From the human T2T-CHM13v2.0 reference genome, Homo sapiens: DNA of 64,000 bases. The stretch lies in the NCBI RefSeq assembly GCF_009914755.1, contig NC_060930.1. The stretch is one strand, 5' to 3'. Both the position numbers and the translations under genes were made by a program. Positions 14,817 through 33,059 of this stretch are shown here, piece after piece. How positions within the stretch are numbered: position 1 is the stretch's first letter; each line of letters opens with the position of its first letter. Below the pieces are notes generated by a model. That model saw only the letters and a list, made by a program, of their open reading frames with translations. It was not told the origin of the DNA and made no database searches.

Positions 14817-14859
14817 GGCTCTTTTCAGAGCCCCCCTACCGTTTCAAAGGAAGAGCTAA
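14817..14859 (+). terminator. Histone stem-loop and HDE of H2AC6
   Basis: GGCTCTTTTCAGAGCC 14817-14832 followed by CCCC rather than ACCCA; purine-rich AAAGGAAGAGCTAA 14846-14859. Confidence 0.93.
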
Positions 14860-14894
14860 CCTCACTGCTTGTAGGTAGAAGGAAAAAAGGCACT

Positions 14895-14903
14895 AAGGTA
14901 AGT
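14895..14903 (+). other. H2AC6: 5' splice donor of the spliced/polyadenylated H2AC6 isoform
   Basis: Perfect consensus AAG|GTAAGT with GT at 14898, downstream of the stem-loop and HDE. Confidence 0.8.
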
Positions 14904-15484
14904 TAATTTTATGCCAACCTTGAGCAAAGCGTATTACTGCTTTTCGGTTTTTGGGGAGCGCTGTTACTAAAGGTTGGTCTGTTTGTATGTAATAGTAGGT
15001 CAGTTACGTACTATCATACTCTAAAGAAATATTCTAGTTAATGCTTTGTAAGATCGACCATAGTTAGTGCCTAACAGTTTACATGCAGGGATGCCTCGTG
15101 ATCTAAACACTTCGTTGTGATTACTTTAAAAATGTAAATTGAAGGCAAAACTCTAACGTGTTGGTAACCTTGTTTGGTCCTCCGACTAGTCCCCCGTCTA
15201 TTTTTTTCTCAATTTAGGCTGTAGGCAGCCTCACTTTCCTAATTCTGTGAGAGTTATAGGTCCCATTCCTGCTAAAGTGCAGAGTATATTACCTAAAAGT
15301 TAACCAGGGAGTTGAAAGGTGTCTGTAAAACAGACTAATGTCCCTAATGTAGAACGGTGCCTGACATGCAACTTACTCTTGTATTTTAAGAAGCTCAAGC
15401 GTCTAGGTTGCCATTACAGGCAGAAAAGGAAATAGAGTGGGGCCTGTGGCCACTCAAAAACCTTTGCTTTCTGCTCACCCCTCT

Positions 15485-15830
<346 letters not shown>

Positions 15831-15897
15831 CTAGAGACCTATTTTCCTGGATTCTGTGAATCTCGCCGAGGTTTTCTTCCGGATCTCGGTTTCTGCA

Positions 15898-16186
15898 TTT
15901 TTTTGTTTGTTTGCTTGCTTTTTTGAAACGGAGTTTTGCTCCTGTTGCCCAAGCTGGAATGCAGTGGCGCGATCTCGGCTCACTGCATACAAACTCCGCC
16001 TCCCGGGTTCAGACGACTCTCCGGCCTCAGCCTCCCTAGTAGATGGGATTACAAGCGCCCGCCACCAGTAGAAACGGAGTTTCACCAGGTTAGCCGGGCT
16101 GGTCTCGAACTCCTGACCTCAGGTGATCCGCCAGCCTCTGCCTACCAAAGTGCTGGGATTACAGGCGTGAGCCACCGCGCCCGGCC
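15898..16186 (-). mobile_element. Alu (CpG-rich)
   Basis: Reverse dimer lacking most of the middle A linker; GGTTTCTGC on both flanks. Confidence 0.9.
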
Positions 16187-17859
16187 GGTTTCTGCTTTGA
16201 TCGGAATTAAGTGGGCAGAAAAGTCTAGGCGGGCTAAGTCTTGCCTATGCATCTGCGCCCAGCTGCTCAGACTGGCCAAACAGACCCAGTCGTTTAGTCT
16301 AACGCTTCTGGAACTCCACTGAAGCGTTTTGCATTGTTTCGTTTGGAGCCTTCAAATCCGAGTGTGTGGCAGGAGATAATAATCCTAGCAGAAGCTGTTT
16401 ACTGCTGACGCGCCTCCCACTTCCCAGATACTGACACCGGCTCAGGGCGGATCCAGCCTTTTCCGCTCTTCCCTCCCTCCACCCCCTCCTTTCCCTACAA
16501 CTACTCTCAAAGGAAAAGGGTTGGATGTCCCATTTGGGTGAAAACAAAGTGGCATAAAAGCAAATGATCACCTTTGATAGCCACATATTAGAATTTTCCG
16601 AGGGTATTTTTAAATTACAACGATTCTAATGGGCAGCTGGGCTGAGAATCATCAGATTTGAAGGTCTGGTTTCACATGGCTCTTGGGCTGAGAAGACCGG
16701 ATTTTCCCCCCCCAGCATTTCCTGTATGTCCGAGAATTTCGATCCTAAGGTTAGAATTGCCTTATGGGCCTTGGAATCCTTTTTATTCACTGACCAAATT
16801 GCCTTTGATTCCAGCTCCCAATCGGTGTGTGACCTTGGCCTAGGGCTTAATCTCTTCCTACCTCCATCTCTTCCTTGTATGCTTTTGCTCACCTTGAAAT
16901 GAAAAGAACCTGGCTCAGCAAGTGTAGATTCTGAAATCAGAAAACAGGCTGAATAAGAGAGATGGTTTATTAGGCACTACTGTGTGCCAGGCACATTTCA
17001 TGAGCTTCCAGTATGTTAATTCATTTAATCCAACAATCTAAGAGATAGGTTTTATCCTTATTCCGAATTTTGAGATGAGCAAACTAAGAAACAGCTTAAA
17101 GAACTTAAGTTGTAAGGCCAGGAAAACAGTACTTATAACAGCTGACTATTCTATAACCACACCTCCTTAAGAGATTATTGTCAGAAAAATAGAAAGAGTA
17201 AAACATCCATACATAATGGGTAAACTTTGTCCACATACCAGAATGTTACTAATGGCTTTCTAACCTCTGAAGAATTTAAGGGAAGGAGGAAAGGTAATTT
17301 TCCCCAGGGAATCTACACGAAGAGGTAAATCTTGACAATGTATTAATACTGTAAACCCAGGGAAAAAAAGCCAGTACAATTTTTATTTAGGGTGTGGCAA
17401 ATAAAACAAAGGGACACGTGAAAACATGGCTCAGTAAAGAGCTACAAGACTTGGTGCAACTGACTTATTGTGGTGAGTGAGAAAAGGAGAGAGAGAAAAC
17501 TTGAATTTCAATTCTTCTCTCTGGGCTCCAATAACAAGATTTTGTATTCGGTCTATTTAGTAGTGAATGATACATTGTGTTAAGTTTGTTAACCTAGAGG
17601 CTTTCATCTTAAGCAGTACTTAAGATGTAGACCCCCTCTTATTCAAATACTGATAATCAGCATAGAACTTGGCATACAAGAGACACTTGGCTGTTGGGCA
17701 TTGAGAAAATGTTGAACTGAATGAATCAATGACTTAGGCAGCCAGGAAGCACTTTGTTGTAGAGAGTTGGTTTATTACTAAGGAAGACATTAAGTATTAA
17801 ATATTAGACTAATAGGTTGCTAATAGTGTTTTCTCTTTCCAATAGAAAATGTCTTCTGA

Positions 17860-18338
17860 GGCTGATCTGGTGTCTCACATCTGTAATCCCAGCACTTGGG
17901 GAGGCTGAGGTGGGTAGATCACCTGAGGTCAGGAGTTTGAGACCAGCCTGGCCAACATGGCGAAACCCCATCTCTAATAAAACTACACAAATTAGTCAGG
18001 TGTGGCGGTGTTCACCTGTAGGCGCCTGTAGTCCCAGCTACTCAGGAGACTGAGGCAGAAGAATCACTTGAACCCCGGGAGGTGGAGGTTGTAGTGAGCC
18101 AAGATCGTGCCACTGCACTCCAGCCTGGGCGACAAAGTGAAACTCCGTCTCAAAAAAAAACCAACCCCATCTCTACTAAAAAATACAAAAATTAGCTGGG
18201 CATGCTAGTGCACGCCTGTAGTCCCAGCTACTCGGGAGGCTGAGGCAAGAGAATCACTTGAATATAGGAGGGGGAGGTTGCAGTGAGAGTGAGACTCTCA
18301 AAAAAAAACAACAAAACAAAAAGTAACAAGAAAAAAGA
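17860..18338 (+). mobile_element. Alu followed by a partial Alu
   Basis: Full dimer 17860-18160, then a second mainly right-arm copy. Confidence 0.88.
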
Positions 18339-18380
18339 AACTATATTCCAAAAATCCAAATTTCACTGGCAGTTTGTTCT

Positions 18381-18546
18381 GGGAGCTTCAGACACATAGA
18401 AGGTGTCAGTTAACCAGTTCTTACCTAAGAGGTACTGCTAAGAGCCTAGTCCCTAAGCAAAGGGAGCTTCAGAGAAACACAGAAGGTGCCAGTTAACCAG
18501 TTCTTACCTAAGAGGTACTGCTAAGAGCCTAGTCCCTAAGCAAAGG
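18381..18546. repeat. Two-copy ~82 bp tandem duplication
   Basis: GGGAGCTTCAGA...CAGTTAACCAGTTCTTACCTAAGAGGTACTGCTAAGAGCCTAGTCCCTAAGCAAA at 18381 and again at 18462. Confidence 0.95.
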
Positions 18547-19427
18547 ACATTCCTCGTAGCTCTGTCCTGTCTCCTCATCTCCAAAATACTTTACCTTCTA
18601 CTTTGAAATGCCCACTATTATATTCAAAAGCCCTAGTTACTTCCAGGGAAAATTATCTATTGAGCAATGAATTTCGGTAGCTTCAGTTGGATTCCAACTC
18701 TTGAGCAAGTTTTCATCTCCCTTGCCTGAATGGCCCTGGGGAGGACTATTTAAATTGGGGCGAGTGGATGAGGATGCTAAACCTAGAGGTCTCCCAATTA
18801 CCAAAGGCACCTGGGCACCAGGGACTAAAGTTTGTCTCAGGAATTTACTGAGATATGAGGCTGAGATAAAATCATTTTTTGGTACATAAGGTATCTTGAA
18901 CAAAGCAGATCAGTTTAACACAAAATCAACAATCGTAATTTCCCTTTTTAAATTTCCAAATCTATGTAGCAATATCCTTTCCTTTAATTCATTCATCATC
19001 TCTATTCACTTTTTGTATTCTGTAAATCATTTGAACTTTTATAAGAATTATATTTTCCCCTTGAGGTCACAAAAAAGAAAGTATTAGAAATTTTATAACC
19101 AATTTTTAAAAAATTATATTTTAAGGTTAAATACAAACCTTCTAAAGGTTTGTCATCTGTTGATCCTAAATTATAATTATAAATTTATATATTCCTGTTG
19201 AATATAATGCATGTGTGTTACAAGATTATTAGCAATTTGAGAATTTCCCGTGCATATTGGAGATGAGCAAATGGAATAAGTGCTCATGTGTAGCGACAGG
19301 ATTCTCTATTTTATTTCAATACTTAATATTGTACCAAACCAAGTAAGAGGAGCATCATGAGAAAATGTACTAAAGGACAGTCATTACCTATATTTACACC
19401 TAGAAAAGAAAACTATATTATTGATAA

Positions 19428-19727
<300 letters not shown>

Positions 19728-20047
19728 TCTGATAAATCTATATTAAAAAGAATAAATATAACCATTGCATCTTCAACAGAAATTGGAATATGGCATGTAG
19801 ATTTCAAAATAAAATGAATTCTCTGGCATTGAATTACTGTACTCATGTTGAAGAAATGTCAGAACTTCATTGGATGTTATTATATTACAGTTGTTTGTTT
19901 GAGTTGTAGTTTGGGCAGAGTAAAGGAGCCAACATGTCTTAGGATTTAGAACTTGTGCACATTGCCTACAGTTGAAAGAAGAAAGCATGCTAAATTCCAG
20001 CCTCTTTGGTATGTGGTTGGGACGTAAAGTTTTACCACATCCTTCAT

Positions 20048-23440
<3,393 letters not shown>

Positions 23441-23589
23441 TATTTCACAGACACCAGGCAGATAACCATATCCATTCTTTCCTGTATTCGTTAATAGTCA
23501 GAGCTAAAAGTGTAGGGCTCTAAATTTACACTTCAACAAATTGTTCTGTTATTAAGTATTCACCTCAAAATGACCAGACTATACTATCC

Positions 23590-24255
23590 TCTAAATTTTA
23601 GAAACTTGGAGCTTGGCTCTGGTCCCTAGTCTTTGTTCTGTCTCATTAATGGCTTCATCAATACTACGGTTCCAAAGACTATCTATATGCAGTAAACTTC
23701 CAATTTTACATCTCCAGCCTGACCTTTTTTCTGAAATGCAAATGTGTGTAGCCACATTTTCACTTGACATCTCCATTTAGAACTCTAATAGGTCTTTCAC
23801 CCTAAACACTTCCAAGACACAGGAATAAACGTGCTCCTTAAGCCTGTTATCCCTTCCAGTTCTCCCCAGTTCAATAACTGACACTACCATTTACTCAAAT
23901 CAACATTCTAAGAGTGTCACTTGCTACATTTCCTTCATCTCTACAAATCCAAAGTATCTGTGAGTCACGTCACCTACATATTCAATACATGCAATAATTC
24001 ATTCTCCATACTCCTTACCATGACTTAAGGGCCCACTCAGTGACCATCTCTGGCCTCTGTTCACCTCTTCTGCTGTTCTCCTTTGCTGTTCCAGCCACGC
24101 TGGTCTCTTTTCACATCAAGCAGCTAAGCTCTGCCCATTTAAGACATTTAACTTCTTGGCCTCAATCTCTGAAATGCCTGTTTGATTTTTCTTCTGGTGA
24201 GCTCATTTTCACTCATCAGGTCCCAGCTCTGTTTCAGACAAGGCTATCTAAAATA
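23590..24255 (-). mobile_element. L2 LINE fragment
   Basis: Degenerate L2-like motifs (ATCTCCAGCCTGACCT, CACTTGACATCTCC, CCAGCCACGCTGGTCTC). Confidence 0.6.
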
Positions 24256-24338
24256 GACCTACCTAAATGGATTAAAAATCTGAGAATATGAAATAACAAA
24301 TATCAGATGACATTTTAGGAGACCCTTTATATACCTCA

Positions 24339-24341
<3 letters not shown>

Positions 24342-24377
<36 letters not shown>
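24342..24377. repeat. (TG)n microsatellite
   Basis: About 18 TG units. Confidence 0.97.
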
Positions 24378-24380
<3 letters not shown>

Positions 24381-24651
24381 GAAATGGTGATGGGAGGGTG
24401 TCATTGCTAAGTGAGGAGGAAACACAAAAGCCATCTAGGAAAGGACACAGACTAGATAGGTCCAAAAGTGGTTTAAGACAGAATATATGTAAAGAGAGTT
24501 ATAGAAAGAGCAATAAGTTGGGATAAAGGATTTCCAAAACATATACGGGGTTAGTAACCTCAATTTACAGGGACAAACTGCAAAACGTTAGTGAAAAGGC
24601 AAACAACATAATATAAAAGATGATTAAACGGTATTTTATATCATGTATTAA

Positions 24652-25190
<539 letters not shown>

Positions 25191-25422
25191 GATACCATTT
25201 CTTACCTATGAATAGACAACCACTAAAGCCAGTATACTCAGGACTGCAAAGGATGAGGAAGAATTGCCATTGTCATATAGTTTTTCATAACTTTTCCTGA
25301 CAATGTCTATTAAATTGTATTAATAGACATTTGGAAAGGGAGAGTGTCAACAATCTAGAATAAAGGCCCCACTAGGTAAGGTTACATATGTAAGGACTCT
25401 TTCAAAACTGTCACAAGAATTC

Positions 25423-25711
25423 AGGTACGGTGGCTCATGCCTGTAATCCTAGCATTTTGGGAGGCTGAGGCGGGTGGATCACTTGAGGTCAGGGGTTTGA
25501 GACCCGCCTGGCCAACATGGTTAAAACCTATCTCTACTAAAAATACAACGATTAGCCATGCATGGTGGCACATGCCTGTAATCCCAGCTACTCGGTAGCC
25601 TGAGGCAGGAGAATAGCTTGAACCCAAGAGGCAGAGGTTACAGTGAGCCGAGATCGCACCACTCCAGCCTGGGCAACAGAGTGAGACTCCATCTCAAAAC
25701 AAAACAAAAAA
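25423..25711 (+). mobile_element. Alu
   Basis: Dimer with A-rich tail. Confidence 0.9.
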
Positions 25712-25945
25712 ACTACTCAAAACTGTAATAAGAAAAAAAAAAACCTAATTATACATGTAAAACATTTAAATAACTAAAATAAGAATACTGTTGACATAGT
25801 GAGACATCCATTTATACTATGGAATGTTATGCAGCTACCTGAAACAATAATCCGGTGAAACAAAATCACACACACAACTGATGAGAGTAAATAGAGAACC
25901 GTATGGAAGAAAACATACCACAGTAATTATCTCAGATAGCTGAAA

Positions 25946-26025
25946 CTAAGTTGGTGCAAAAGTAATTGTGGTTCTTACCATTACTTTCACTGGCAAAAGC
26001 TGCAATTACTTTTGTACCAACCTAA
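25946..26025. mobile_element. MADE1 (Hsmar1-derived mariner MITE)
   Basis: 80-bp palindrome ..GTTGGTGCAAAAGTAATTG...CAATTACTTTTGTACCAACCTAA. Confidence 0.93.
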
Positions 26026-26768
26026 TAGAATGGGGTGAGGAGAGGTAAACCTTTATAAACATCTCTGTGTGAACTGTTAAAATGAGCAAGTATATTTTTT
26101 TTAAAGTATAAAGAGAGAAAAAAGTAAACTTTCTCCATTTCCCACCTCAAATTATGTTCTGTCACTCATCCTGTTTAGATTCTTTCAAATGCAGTTTGAA
26201 GTTTTATTTATGAGATTCCTTGTTGTTTGCCTCTTTCCATTAAACCTAGCTCCACAAAGTAGGGACCTGATGTATTCATTCACTGTTATATCCCAGCATC
26301 TAGCAGAGGGCCTGACACTTAGTGGGAACGCAAGTATCTGGTATATAAACCAGAGAATAGATATTTTTTTAGCCCAGAAAGCTGTTTCACTGCACAGAGT
26401 GTAATTATCTGAATTTCTATAAAAATGTCTATCTATAAATCATTGTCAATACATTACCTACTCACCTTACCCAGCTACCAGGAACACTATGAAGTTTTGA
26501 ATTACACCCCATTTGTTTTCCACACTCTTACCATTTTCCCAGTTTCTGCACTGACCTCTCCAGACATCATGTGTACTGATAATTCTAAGTTGTCTAGATT
26601 GTTAATTCTTTTAAGGGCCTGTTCTCTGCTAGCTGGCATCATGCATAAAATAATTCTCTTTAATATGCTCTGGGTCTAGGGTTAATAGATGTTTGCTTAA
26701 AATCATGGAAAGAAAATGGTCACACAGCTGGTATGTGTGATCAAATTTGTGCTGTTTCATCCACTTAA

Positions 26769-27326
<558 letters not shown>

Positions 27327-27519
27327 TAAATACAGGGAAAAAAACCCAGAATGATTATGTTGACAGCAAAACATGTTTGTGCAGAAACGGAGTAGTCACT
27401 ATCTAAGCCACAGAGACTTAGGAGTGTATTCCTGAGTTATGTATCATTTTAACCATCACTGGATCTTAAATCCCAGTTGCTAAATTGAAGGGAGATACAT
27501 GACTCTTTTTAGGGCTTTG

Positions 27520-27690
27520 CTCTCTGATACAGTAGCCATTAGCCACATGTGATATTTTAAATTTAAATAATTAAGTCAAAAATTCAGTTTCCTCAGTCTC
27601 ACCACATTTCAGGTTGCTGGTGTCTACTGTATTGGATACACAGACATAGAACATGTCTATCATCACAGAAAATTCTATTGCATTGCACTG
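27520..27690. mobile_element. MER3-like hAT-Charlie DNA transposon relic
   Basis: GTAGCCATTAGCCACATGTG...AAAATTCAGTTTCCTCAGTC...ATAGAACAT...ATCATCACAGAAAATTCTATTG. Confidence 0.65.
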
Positions 27691-27769
27691 GGATAGGTAC
27701 TTTTTGTGCCCTTGGGCTGATAAGTTCAAGTGCACTTAACTAGCTTCCTCCAAGTGGAATCAGAGGATA

Positions 27770-27882
27770 AATTTACCATACAAAATACAGGATACCCAAT
27801 TATATTTGAATTTCAAACAGGCAACAAATAATTGCTTAAGTATGCCCCTCACTGCACACCCAAATATTACATGAGACATTCT

Positions 27883-27945
<63 letters not shown>

Positions 27946-28002
27946 AAATTCAGATTTAACTGGACATTTGGTATTTTTAATGTGCCAAATCTAGCAACCC
28001 TA
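27770..28002. mobile_element. MER53-like palindromic hAT MITE containing (TA)n
   Basis: AAAATACAGGATACCCAATTATATTTGAATTTCAAA ... TTTGAAATTCAGATTTAACTGG...CTAGCAACCCT; (TA)~27 at 27888-27941. Confidence 0.7.
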
Positions 28003-28204
28003 TCTGAAGAGCAAAACTGGAGTGTCTAGTCTGGATAGGTCCTTTTACACCACAGGGAGTTATTTGAGGAATTGAGAAGGGCTGTGGTACCTGTAAAGAA
28101 CTAACTCATTATGAAGAAAAGGATCTGTAAGTTTTTCTGTATGTGTAAGGAAGGCCAAGAAGGTGGTTTCCAGATATATTTACTTTTTCTTCTCTCTCTC
28201 TTAG

Positions 28205-29265
28205 GTTGCAAAAGCTTCTCATTTCAGAGAGATGCCAGGATCCTAAGTGCCTGCCAAACTTACCAATTCTAAGGAATAAGTGGATGGATGGCATTACTGA
28301 TTCCTACATTACTGATTGATTCTGCATCCGCAAATTGTTTTATTAAAAACATTCTACATCATGTGTGGGGAGATAAGGAGGATAAAATGAAGAGAAAGAA
28401 TATTATTGAGGGGAAGTTCTTCTGAATACAAAATGTGTTTAATTTTTTAAATAAGTATTACATTCACAGGGTTCAAACTATTTGAAGTAAAGAGATTATA
28501 TATAAAGAATCCATCCCTCAACTTACCCAGGTGGTCACTTTTCTTTTTCTTGTGTATCTGCCCAGTATTCATTCCTGCTGATATCAGTCAATAATGAATG
28601 ATACGTGTTTTCTTCACTTTTTTCATTCTTGTCAGGTAGCAGACTGTGTAGACTTTTCTGCACTTGCCCTTTTCATAACAATCTATCTTGGAGAACTTTC
28701 CCTATGAGAACATACAGAGCTTCCTGTACACAGTTGCATGTACTGCATTATGCAAATGCATTATATTTTATGTAACCTGTCCACTGTTGGTAGGCACTTG
28801 AGTTGTTTTAGTCTTTTGCTATCAAACAGTTCTGGGATGATTAACCCTGATTTACTGCAAAATTGAAATTGCTCTGCTATTCTGCTGGAATGGTGGTAAG
28901 TGAACTGAAAATTCCAGTCACTCTTGGGCTAGACTCAACGTTCTTAAAAACTATGTGGCCATCACCAAATTAGTTATTTTGAACCTTAATTTCTTCACCT
29001 CTAAAATGGAGGTAATACTTACCTTAAGTGGCTATGAGAATGAAGATCATGTGTATGAATTGTTGGTGCTCTAAAGAACAGCACAAATAAAATTATTTTC
29101 AAATTTAATTTTAATTGAACTATGTGTAATTTCTTAATTTTGAAATAATTTTATTTGTAATGTGCATAATCTTATTTAATGTATAATGTATACATTGTAA
29201 TAGAAACAGATTTCCCAAATTCCAGCCTGGCATGAGGTAATAAAAGGTAATGCAAAGGGAGAGGA
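28205..29265 (+). other. H2AC6: Distal non-coding terminal exon of polyadenylated H2AC6 transcript
   Basis: Long pyrimidine tract CTTTTTCTTCTCTCTCTCTTAG|GTTGCAAAAG (AG 28203-28204). Poly(A) signals ATTAAA 28342, AATAAA 29086 and 29239. Agrees with my recollection of the spliced HIST1H2AC 3' UTR. 3' end approximate. Confidence 0.75.
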
Positions 29266-29684
29266 AAGCATGTGTCATTAATTTTCTGCCTAGGACACCT
29301 CCCTGGTTAAATTGCCATTTCCTTTCTTCCTTGCATAATGATTAGGAAACACATCCTCCTGACCTGCCTGCCCTCTTTTGCCTACTTTTTCATCTGCAGT
29401 CAAGGTCTGGTTTTAAGACTGACTGTTACTTTTACAAATCTGTGTGTATTGGTGGCTAAGGGCCTGTATGGTCCACTGCTGTATTCCCAGGTCCCAGCAT
29501 GGTGCCTGACGCTGCCTGGCAAATAGTAGTCACCCGAGAAATGGCTGATGAATTCATGAGGCCTACTCTGTATGGAAATTTCAATTCTGGCCCCGAATTT
29601 TCAGGAGCTGGCAAGAGAGCCACCTTAATATCATAGGCTGAGTTGGAAGAAGGGAACACCCAATTTATTCTTAAGAAGTACTTT

Positions 29685-29978
29685 GCCCAGGTACTGTGGC
29701 TTAGGCCAGTAATCCTAGCATTTGGGGAAGCCAAGTTGGGCAGATGGCTTGAACCCAGGATTTCGAGATCAGCCTGGACAACATGGAGAAACCCCATCTC
29801 TACAAAATATGTAAAATTTAACTGCTTGGTGGGCCTGCACTTCTGGTCCCAGCTACTCCAGGGCTAGGGTGGGAGGATTGTTTGATCCCTGGAGGTCAAG
29901 GCTGCAGTGAGCCATGATCACAGCAATGCGCTCCAGCTCTGGGCAACAGAGCGAGACCCTGTCTCAAAAAAAACAAAA
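29685..29978 (+). mobile_element. Alu (AluJ-like)
   Basis: Diverged dimer. Confidence 0.88.
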
Positions 29979-31012
29979 ATGCCTATACAATAAATCTATA
30001 AAAAGTGGGTTTTGTGTGTCTATACACACACACACACACACACACCTGCATAGACACTCAGGTGTTCTGGAAAGACACAGGAATCTGAAGCCAAAATACT
30101 TGTGATTTTTTTTCAGCTCTGCCACTCACCAAATGTCTGATGGGATTAGTTACCTGCCATCTCAGAATTTCTCTTCTGTAAAATAAGGTAATAGTACCTC
30201 CCAGAGTTATGAAAAACTATCAAATGAGATGGCAGATGAGAAAACACTATATTCCTTGTAAAACCTGACAAATATGTGCAAGATTATATAAAGACTGTCT
30301 TCTGTCCATTTTCAAATGTGGAAAAGTGAAAGCAGGACAGGATGTTGGGATTTCTGTCAGAGATTTGCTGGCTTCCACCTGCAGAAATTGAAGTAATTGG
30401 GGTTCTTACACCTAAGTACTAACTGAGTCTGGTTGCAGTTTGCCCCCATGGCTACATGAAGCTTTTAGAAGAGTCAGCATGGTAGACATGGAATGTTGAA
30501 TGGTGGTGGAGTGTACCCACACACCTCCCACCAAGTCAGCTCCAGGTTCAGAAGCAGCAGCCCCAGTGGAGGGCATGCGTGTTTGTAACTCAGCTGAGCC
30601 ACCTTTCAAGAAGCAGAGGCTTTCCAAACAGGGATGCCCCCTGCTTTTGGTTCAACTTGACTTCCTACCTTCAGTGAGGACATGGAGAATTCATCTAGAC
30701 TGGGTACCTGAGCAAACTTGGCAGAGCAAAGAGAAATGTGGAAGGCCCTAGGTAGACAGGCCCTGTGGAAGGAAAGAATGAAAGAGGACAGAAAGAAACT
30801 CCCATTTTCTTTAGCACAGTCCCTTCAGATTAAGGATGAAGAGGCTGGGGTTCTGAATTGGTTGGCCTTAGGTAATGGTCACAAAAACAAGTCAATGGCT
30901 TTTCCACATCCGTACATTGAGATATATTTCTGCCCTTGGTATTCATTTTCTCTGACCTCCAATTAAAGATCTATGCGTCATTTTAAAGCCTTCCTTCCTT
31001 TCTACTCTGTGG

Positions 31013-31142
31013 TCAGCGTAACATTGGTGGTTTGAAACTGGCCATAATAGCAGCATTTACATCATGGGAACTAGCATATGTTACATCAGGGTTTTTTTGT
31101 TTTGTTTCTGGAGAGCCAGTAAACATACATCGTCACACCACT
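31013..31142 (-). mobile_element. MER63-like hAT relic
   Basis: ACATTGGTGGTTTGAAACTGGCCAT...ATTTACATCATGG...TCAGGG...CTGGAGAGCCAGT. Confidence 0.55.
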
Positions 31143-33059
31143 TAAATATTCTCTGCTCCTTCCTGGTAAAGATAGCCTCATCTCTCTCTCCCCACTCCCC
31201 AACTCCATCCAGCACGTGCACATTGGATCACTCTATTGTGCTGTTTTCCTACCCAGAAGGGCCCTGTCTCAAATGACCCCTACGCTTCTGGTCTGATTTA
31301 AGTTCCATACTCTTTCCTATGAGGTGTACCCACTGCATATATTTCTATGTTGTTTCTCACCTTCCCTGTTTTCATGTCTGCTCTCCAAATTTTATGAGGA
31401 AGCCTAGAACACTCTTTTTGGAGATACTCATTCGCTTAAATATCACTTCAGTGAGGCCCTCCATTGACCATTTTCCCACTCCCAGAGGGGCAGGGAGGCC
31501 TTCTGAGAAAGTGAACATGGTCTGGTGGATAGTGATGCTGGGAACGTGAACTGTCAGCAACAGCATAGCTAGGAATGCAGTGAGCAAAGGCACTGTGAAG
31601 ACACAAGCAGAGCTCTTCAACCAATGACCCCAGGGACTTTCTCTGGGTTGCCTGGCAATGAACTGGGAACAATGGCTGCTTCTTTCCCTGTGGGAGGATC
31701 AGCCAATGTTCCCAGGTGCTGGAAGGCTGGCTTTCTCAGCTGACACCCACACAGAAAATGTTTATTCTCTTTATCAAGTCTGCTCTCATGCTTTCTCTAT
31801 GAAAAGGAACAGCCCGGGCTGTGTGTGGGTCCCTTTCTGGAGCACAGCCTCTCTGTGCATCAGGCTACCCCCTTCCTGGGCTCAGGGCTCTGTAGGCTGC
31901 AGGAGAACAGGCACTGTGTATCTGCAACCCTCTGCCCACTAGTTCCAGCTGGCACAAGCAACACTGTGCCTGCTGACAAGACAGGCAGAAGCCACGAGAG
32001 GAATTAAATTACCTCCGAAGGTGGTAGACAGTGAAAATGAGTGGATATAGGCTTTCATTAAAGGGCTAGGATTTAACTTCTTAATCATTATTCCAGTCAC
32101 CTTGTATCTCATCTTCTCAAATGCTCTTAATGAAAGTCACAAACCAATAGCTCTCTCTGTAATTTTCCATTTATGCCCCCCTTTCTGTTGTCCATTATTT
32201 GTCCACTATCTCTCTTTCCTCTCCATTTAACATTAGCTATTTTTAAAGCAGCACTTCAGAAAAGTTTCTTTTCTGTTTTGCACTGGGTAGTGTTGAAATA
32301 TGTGGAGGCCCTACTGCCACATGCCACAGATGCCCCAGTGGCAGTCAGTCATGTAGGACCTAAGAGTTGAGCTCCTGGTTTCTGGTGGGCCCACATTTGT
32401 GTCATGGTGCAGCATATGTGGACTGGTCGTCTGGCTCTGTGATCAGGAATCTAACTTTTAGCTTGGATCTAACCTTTAGTTCAGAAGCTGAGCCTCAGGT
32501 TGAGATCGATATTCCTTGTTGCCCAAATGTACTGTAGTTTGCTATGCTATCCAAACTACATGTAATTGATCCATTTCTAAGCTCATTCACGTGATTCAGT
32601 GAATACAATTCTTTCCAGGGCTGTTAGGCCAAAGGCCTCAAATCCCTATGTGGGCCTCTCCACAGGAGAGTGCACCACATGGCAGCTGACTTTCTTCCAA
32701 AACAATGAGCAAGTGAGAGGGCCCAAGAAAGAAGCCATAACCATGTGTAACCTAATGTCAAAAGTGACACAGCATCATTTTTGACATATTCTATTTGTGA
32801 GAAGCAAGTCCCTAGGTGCAGCCCACAGGAAAGGAGATAATACCAGAGGATGAATCCTCAGAGGCAGGGATCATCCTGGAGAATACCTGCCACACTGGGT
32901 AAATCGCAACCTGTGTAAAACAAGGCAAAACTGTCTTCTTGATCTGACATCCTTATAAATGGAAGTGCACCTCTGTGTTTTCTAGGGCACTTTGCTAAGT
33001 GCAAGTACAGGGTCACATGCAGGTACAGGGTCACAATCTAAAACTGCAGAAATATTTGT

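Noticed and set aside
31048-31070. TAGCAGCATTTACATCATGG resembling miR-15/16 family mature sequence
   Set aside because: Lies within a MER63-like relic, has an insertion relative to the miRNA, and I see no precursor hairpin.
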